Below are positions 59,661-64,000 of a DNA stretch of 64,000 nucleotides, one piece after another; the stretch's first letter is position 1, and every line of letters starts with the position of its first letter. Source of the DNA: an uncultured Candidatus Saccharibacteria bacterium. GTDB taxonomy: Bacteria > Patescibacteriota > Doudnabacteria > UBA920. The stretch is from assembly GCA_964532005.1 (NCBI GenBank), contig CAZHER010000002.1, positions 8,813-72,812 of the forward strand, read 5' to 3'. A program made the translations under genes and the position numbers. The notes beneath the pieces were generated by a model that was not told the DNA's origin, made no database searches, and worked only from the letters and a program-made list of their open reading frames with translations.

Positions 59661-60857
59661 CTATTGTGGAAAGATTAAATCCCATAAAGCCCCGGCGCCG
59701 TCGCGTACTGGTCCTGCAAATGGATAGCTATGCAAATCCACGTAAGGCAGAGCGTTGCACTCAATTACGCCGCAAGGCAATTGCTCGTTCCATGGCTTGG
59801 CAATATCTCGAATAATAAAATCTAGTCCTACCAACGGGTCATTTATATATCTTCCTATTTTTGTAAAAAGCTCCATATTAACTGGGTGAGTTTCTTCCGT
59901 GACATCAACATTCACCGCACCGTTTCCTCGGCTGACTTTAGGATTTAATATCGCCATTGCTCCTATGGGTAAAATACTGTCCCAGTTCAGTCCTGCTTTT
60001 GTTAATTCCTGTGCAACTTCTTCATCAGCGGGAAGGTGATGAAAAATTGGTCCTTGTCTCGCTGGGTTCAAATTTTCAATTTCTACTAATTCTCTAATTG
60101 TCTGTCTTCCGTTTCCTATAACGTATGCCGGTTCCCGTCGCATCACAGCCACTACCTTGTTGCCGATCCATAAAATTCTATGCACCATCCCTGGCAATTC
60201 TTCTTGTACCATTACCCATGGCGAAATGAGTAAAGCAATTTTAAAAGCTCGGATCAACTCCTGTTCATCTGATATCCCAACAACGGTATGTCTGCTGCGA
60301 GAGCCATATGTAGGTTTAACAATTACCCGCGAATTTATTTTACGAAACGCTTCTATTGCTTGCTGTTCTGTTTTGCATTCAAAGCTTTTTGGCACTGGTA
60401 TCCCGTCCTTCATTAATTTTTTCTGCATCTCTGACTTATTATCCATCCAAAAATAAGCATCTGAGGGGGTGCCCTTGGGCCGTGGCATACTCATATAAGC
60501 TTGGGATCTTCTACCGTGTCTCGCAATACTAAATTCTGTGGGTCGAGATAGTATACTAAATCTGGTAATGTTAATACCCCGAGATTGAGCGGCGTTCCAC
60601 AAAGCCATGGTTCTTGAATTGTCACTAGGAAATAAATTTTCGCTTATTTGAAGGAGTTTTACTTTTACCCCTATTTTTAAAACTAAAACCGCAAAGCTGT
60701 TCCATGGCAATCTGGCTATATGAGGATGGACAATGCGGCGTAAATATTCTAATGGTTTTAAATATGTACTTGACCAATGCTCAAACCAGTTAGACCACCA
60801 TTCTGCGTTATGGTTTACTTGGGCTGATCCGCATTCAATACAAATTTGTTTTTCCAT
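59661..60857 (-). CDS. ATP-grasp ligase (RimK/GshB-like) with a unique ~150-aa N-terminal region
   Basis: It carries VIVKPTYGSRSRHTVVGISDEQEL and DPLVGLDFIIRD, which are RimK-type motifs. Confidence 0.55.
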   Translation of the reverse strand: MEKQICIECGSAQVNHNAEWWSNWFEHWSSTYLKPLEYLRRIVHPHIARLPWNSFAVLVLKIGVKVKLLQISENLFPSDNSRTMALWNAAQSRGINITRFSILSRPTEFSIARHGRRSQAYMSMPRPKGTPSDAYFWMDNKSEMQKKLMKDGIPVPKSFECKTEQQAIEAFRKINSRVIVKPTYGSRSRHTVVGISDEQELIRAFKIALLISPWVMVQEELPGMVHRILWIGNKVVAVMRREPAYVIGNGRQTIRELVEIENLNPARQGPIFHHLPADEEVAQELTKAGLNWDSILPIGAMAILNPKVSRGNGAVNVDVTEETHPVNMELFTKIGRYINDPLVGLDFIIRDIAKPWNEQLPCGVIECNALPYVDLHSYPFAGPVRDGAGALWDLIFPQ

Positions 60858-60886
60858 GTGCTAATTCTACATTATTTTAAGGTTTC

Positions 60887-61588
60887 TTGCCGATAGAGCT
60901 GCTTTCTCTTATCATATATATTATGTTGTATGTAATTGCCACACCAATAGGAAATATGGACGACATAACGTTCCGTGCTGTTGCGGTTTTGAAAGATACT
61001 AATTTAATAATTGCTGAAAATCCTTTACACAGTCAAAAACTTCTTGCCCATTATGGTATCCATAATAAAAAAGTAATTCAGTTTGCCGAACATAATGAAC
61101 ACAAAGTTTTACCTAGTATTATGTCAAAGCTTGCAAAAGAAGATGGTTGTCTAATTTCCGACGCCGGCACGCCGGCAATATCGGATCCTGGATTTAGGCT
61201 AGTCAGGAATTGTTGGGAAAATAATATTTCTGTCAGCCCTGTCCCCGGAGCGAATGCGGCGGTTGCTTTAATGAGCTCAGGTGGATTACCTACTGACAGA
61301 TTTCTATTTGTAGGTTTCTTGCCGAAAACTGAACCGAAGCTCAAACAAATTGTTGAGCTTGCAAAAACCAGCCAAGCTACTTTAGCAGGATATGAGTCCC
61401 CTCAAAGAATTGTCAAAACATTAACGCTGATATCAAAACTTTTCCCTGACGCCAAGGTAGTGGTCGGACGCGAATTAACAAAATTGCACGAAGAAATTAT
61501 CGGTGGCCTGAGCGGTCAGGTTGCAGAAGATTTTTCCAAGAGACCATCAATAAAAGGAGAGATCTCATTAATTATCTCCTTCAAATAA
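60887..61588 (+). CDS. rsmI: 16S rRNA (cytidine1402-2'-O)-methyltransferase RsmI
   Basis: It begins YVIATPIGNMDDITFRAVAVLKDTNLIIAE, the tetrapyrrole-methylase fold. Confidence 0.8.
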   Translation: MPIELLSLIIYIMLYVIATPIGNMDDITFRAVAVLKDTNLIIAENPLHSQKLLAHYGIHNKKVIQFAEHNEHKVLPSIMSKLAKEDGCLISDAGTPAISDPGFRLVRNCWENNISVSPVPGANAAVALMSSGGLPTDRFLFVGFLPKTEPKLKQIVELAKTSQATLAGYESPQRIVKTLTLISKLFPDAKVVVGRELTKLHEEIIGGLSGQVAEDFSKRPSIKGEISLIISFK

Positions 61589-61591
61589 TAT

Positions 61592-62314
61592 ATGTCTGGA
61601 CATTCCAAATGGGCAACTATAAAAAGAGCCAAAGGGGCGGCCGATGCTAAGCGCGGCATGCTGTTTTCCAAGCTTGGAAAAAGAATATCTATTGCAGTAA
61701 GGGAAGGCGGCGGGGGAGACCCAATATCTAACTTCAAACTTCGTTTGGCAATTGAAAAAGCAAAAGCTGTCAGTATGCCAAATGACAATATTGAAAGGGC
61801 TATAAAAAAGGGTATGGGGGAAGGCGGCGGAGCAGCCATTGAAGAAGTGCTCTATGAAGGCTATGGCCCATTTGGCACAGCTTTTCTAATAGAAGCTGCT
61901 ACCGACAACAAAAACAGGACTGTAAGCAGTGTGAAACATATACTTTCAAAACATGGGGGAAATTTAGGGGCTAGTGGGAGCGTTGCCTGGCAATTTTCAA
62001 CCCTTGGGCAGATCCTTATCCCCACAGCAGGACAAAACCTAGAAGAGTTGGAGCTTATTGCTATAGACGCGGGTTCAGACGACATAATTTTATCTGATGA
62101 AGGGCTTGAAATTATCACAAACCCCGATCAAATAGAAGACATAAAGCGGGTCCTTCTGGAAAATGGCGCTAATATTGCGAGTGATGAAGTTATTCGCCGC
62201 AGCAGTCAAACCATAGACCTTAACGACGAAGAAAAGGGAAAAGTAGAAAATTTATTTAATGACCTTGAAGCAGACGAGGATGTTATAGCAGTACACACTA
62301 ACGCAAACATATGA
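61592..62314 (+). CDS. yebC: YebC/PmpR family transcriptional regulator
   Basis: It begins MSGHSKWATIKRAKGAADAKRG. Confidence 0.9.
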   Translation: MSGHSKWATIKRAKGAADAKRGMLFSKLGKRISIAVREGGGGDPISNFKLRLAIEKAKAVSMPNDNIERAIKKGMGEGGGAAIEEVLYEGYGPFGTAFLIEAATDNKNRTVSSVKHILSKHGGNLGASGSVAWQFSTLGQILIPTAGQNLEELELIAIDAGSDDIILSDEGLEIITNPDQIEDIKRVLLENGANIASDEVIRRSSQTIDLNDEEKGKVENLFNDLEADEDVIAVHTNANI

Positions 62315-62793
62315 TTATTTTAGGAATTGACCCCGGCACAGCAACAACAGGGTTTGCAGTAATAGAAAAACTGGACAGACAGAACGAATTTAAAATTTTG
62401 GACTTTGGTGTTGTAGAAACACCAAAAACTGACCATGAAGCAAAACGGCTGGAAACCATTGCCGAAGATGTTGTTGAGTTAATAAAAAAATACAAGCCGA
62501 GCCGGCTTGGTATAGAACGGCTGTTTTTTACCAGTAATCAAAAAACCGCCATGACAGTTTCCCAAGCCAGGGGAGTCGTACTTCTAGTATCTCAAAAAGC
62601 AAAACTAGAGATTTACGAATTCACGCCTTTGCAGGTAAAAAATTACCTTTGCGGTAACGGTAAAGCTGACAAAAGACAAGTGCAATTTATGGTCAAGAAA
62701 ACTTTTGGTTTAGAGCAAATTCCAAAACCCGATGATGCTGCCGATGCTCTGGCTATTGCTTTATGTGCTGGTTTAGCAAGAAAAATTTCTTGA
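62311..62793 (+). CDS. ruvC: Holliday junction resolvase RuvC
   Basis: It begins MIILGIDPGTATTGFAVIE. The conserved yebC-ruvC linkage supports the call. Confidence 0.9.
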   Translation: MIILGIDPGTATTGFAVIEKLDRQNEFKILDFGVVETPKTDHEAKRLETIAEDVVELIKKYKPSRLGIERLFFTSNQKTAMTVSQARGVVLLVSQKAKLEIYEFTPLQVKNYLCGNGKADKRQVQFMVKKTFGLEQIPKPDDAADALAIALCAGLARKIS

Positions 62794-62818
62794 CACAAGC
62801 GTCATAAACTGATAAAAT
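62790..62818 (+). promoter_or_regulatory. sigma70-like promoter TTGACA-17-TAAAAT
   Basis: The sequence reads ttgaca caagcgtcataaactga taaaat. It overlaps the end of ruvC. Confidence 0.45.
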
Positions 62819-62907
62819 ACACATACAGTTCAGCTAGAGCAGGACTGTATTGTTTTATCAATAAATATTCACGCAGTTCTTAACTGTGTTGAATAGGGAG
62901 AACAAAC

Positions 62908-63030
62908 ATGTTCTTACAAGACGAAGGCGCAACCGACGATATGCAGACTCCTGCAGCTGGCGGCGACGACATGACTGCTGACACCGAAGCTCCTGCAGCT
63001 GAAGGTGCAGACGAAACTGCTGGTATGTAA
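62908..63030 (+). CDS. 40-aa highly acidic Ala/Asp/Glu-rich small ORF (MFLQDEGATDDMQTPAAGGDDMTADTEAPAAEGADETAGM)
   Basis: A good SD (gggag) lies 8 nt upstream of the ATG. It has its own promoter upstream and a strong terminator downstream. It is below the 60-aa cutoff of the ORF track. Confidence 0.35.
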   Translation: MFLQDEGATDDMQTPAAGGDDMTADTEAPAAEGADETAGM

Positions 63031-63039
63031 TCCAGTTAA

Positions 63040-63078
63040 AAAACCCCCGCAATTGCGGGGGTTTTTGTTTTTTTTAAA
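63040..63078. terminator. strong bidirectional Rho-independent terminator
   Basis: The sequence reads aaaaaa cccccgc aatt gcggggg tttttgtttttttt. It also terminates the convergent tyrS. Confidence 0.65.
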
Positions 63079-63083
63079 ACTAT

Positions 63084-64000
63084 TTACTTTCCCTTCACAT
63101 AGACTATTTTTCTCTTACCCACTTGCACCAATGTCGGCGCCGAATCGATTTTCAGTTCTGTATCCTTAGCAAGCTGTTGATTCACTTTTACCCCGTTTTG
63201 TTGTATGAGTCTTCGCGCCTCGCTCTTACTGGATACTAAGTTCAAATCATAAAGCATGGACGACAATTGATAACTGCCCGGTTTTAACTTTACGATTTTT
63301 ATATCTTCGGGTAATTCGCGCTTGCTGAATCTTGATATAAAATCTTCCTTAGCTTTTTTTGCATACTGCCTATTATGATACAGCGTTGTTATTGCATTTG
63401 CCAATTCCAATTTTTGGTCTCTTGGATGTTTGGTTTTTGATAAAAAAGTTTTAATTTTTGTTTCTTCCCAATCTGTTGCGAACGTAAAATACTTTTCTAT
63501 TAAGCTGTCCGGCAAAGACATAACCTTGCCGAACATATCAACAGGATTGTCAGTTAAATTGATTGTATTGCCCCAGGAAGAAGACATTTTTCTTCCATCG
63601 GTTCCTTCTAAAAGAGCAGTGGTTAATATGGCTTGAGGTTGTTGGCCGTAAGCAGGTTGTATACTACGGCCAGCTAAAAGATTGAACCTTTGGTCAGTGC
63701 CTCCTAATTCTACATCAGCTTTAACTGCAACACTGTCATAACCTTGCATGAGCGGATACAATACTTCACGTAAACCTATCCGCTTTCCTGAATCCAAACG
63801 TTTTTTTATATTTTCCCTGGCTATGAACTCGTGGAGACTAAACTGTTCGGCCATTTTTCCGATTTCCAAAAAACCTAATTTTTTTAACCACTTAGAGTTA
63901 AAATGGGTTTCTGTTTTCTTGGGATCCAATATTTTAAAAGCTTGTTTAAAATATGTGGCAGCATTTTTCTTTACTGTTTCGGGGTTTAGCATCGGCCGTT
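63084..64000 (-). CDS. tyrS: tyrosyl-tRNA synthetase, C-terminal portion (runs off the window end)
   Basis: It carries a KMSKS-type motif (KMSSS) and a C-terminal S4 domain (ARRLIQQNGVKVN). The reading frame is open to position 64000. Confidence 0.8.
   Translation of the reverse strand, partial: RPMLNPETVKKNAATYFKQAFKILDPKKTETHFNSKWLKKLGFLEIGKMAEQFSLHEFIARENIKKRLDSGKRIGLREVLYPLMQGYDSVAVKADVELGGTDQRFNLLAGRSIQPAYGQQPQAILTTALLEGTDGRKMSSSWGNTINLTDNPVDMFGKVMSLPDSLIEKYFTFATDWEETKIKTFLSKTKHPRDQKLELANAITTLYHNRQYAKKAKEDFISRFSKRELPEDIKIVKLKPGSYQLSSMLYDLNLVSSKSEARRLIQQNGVKVNQQLAKDTELKIDSAPTLVQVGKRKIVYVKGK

Overview
This is a 64-kb, AT-rich, gene-dense bacterial window. Genes are mostly on the minus strand up to ~37.7 kb and mostly on the plus strand after that. 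Most of it is housekeeping: trmD (partial), a KH-domain protein, rpsP, a DedA protein, a short SMC, rnc, ftsH, an ABC solute-binding protein, galU, comM/yifB, lspA, recA, a RodZ-like protein, ftsK, Hsp20, rnhB, rlmH, infB, rbfA, nrnA, rpsA, gyrA, rsmI, yebC, ruvC and tyrS (partial). I also read 13 tRNAs by eye, all with an encoded CCA. Several features together suggest a small-genome CPR/Patescibacteria-like organism: the short 870-aa SMC, no rimM between the KH gene and trmD, giant repeat-domain surface proteins, tandem TrbC/VirB2-like pilin paralogs, and CCA-encoding tRNAs. This is inference only; no 16S rRNA is in the window. The accessory content worth attention is: (1) a ~6.6-kb cassette of four secreted or surface proteins inserted between rpsP and the KH/trmD genes, with its own promoter and a ~616-bp perfect direct repeat shared by two of its genes; (2) five tandem T4SS-pilin-like genes, one with an extra N-terminal extracellular domain and an NTPNN tandem repeat; (3) a tRNA-Ile with a UAU anticodon; (4) a ~690-bp ORF-free region carrying a repeated T-rich motif; (5) a DnaQ-exonuclease/DinG-like fusion with no Walker A motif; (6) a possible non-canonical cofactor (folate-like) salvage operon made of a membrane protein, a CofE-like ligase, a DHFR-like reductase and an unknown protein; (7) a compact promoter/40-aa acidic ORF/terminator unit; and (8) envelope glycosylation genes. 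All calls are by eye from the sequence and the supplied translations, with no database searches.
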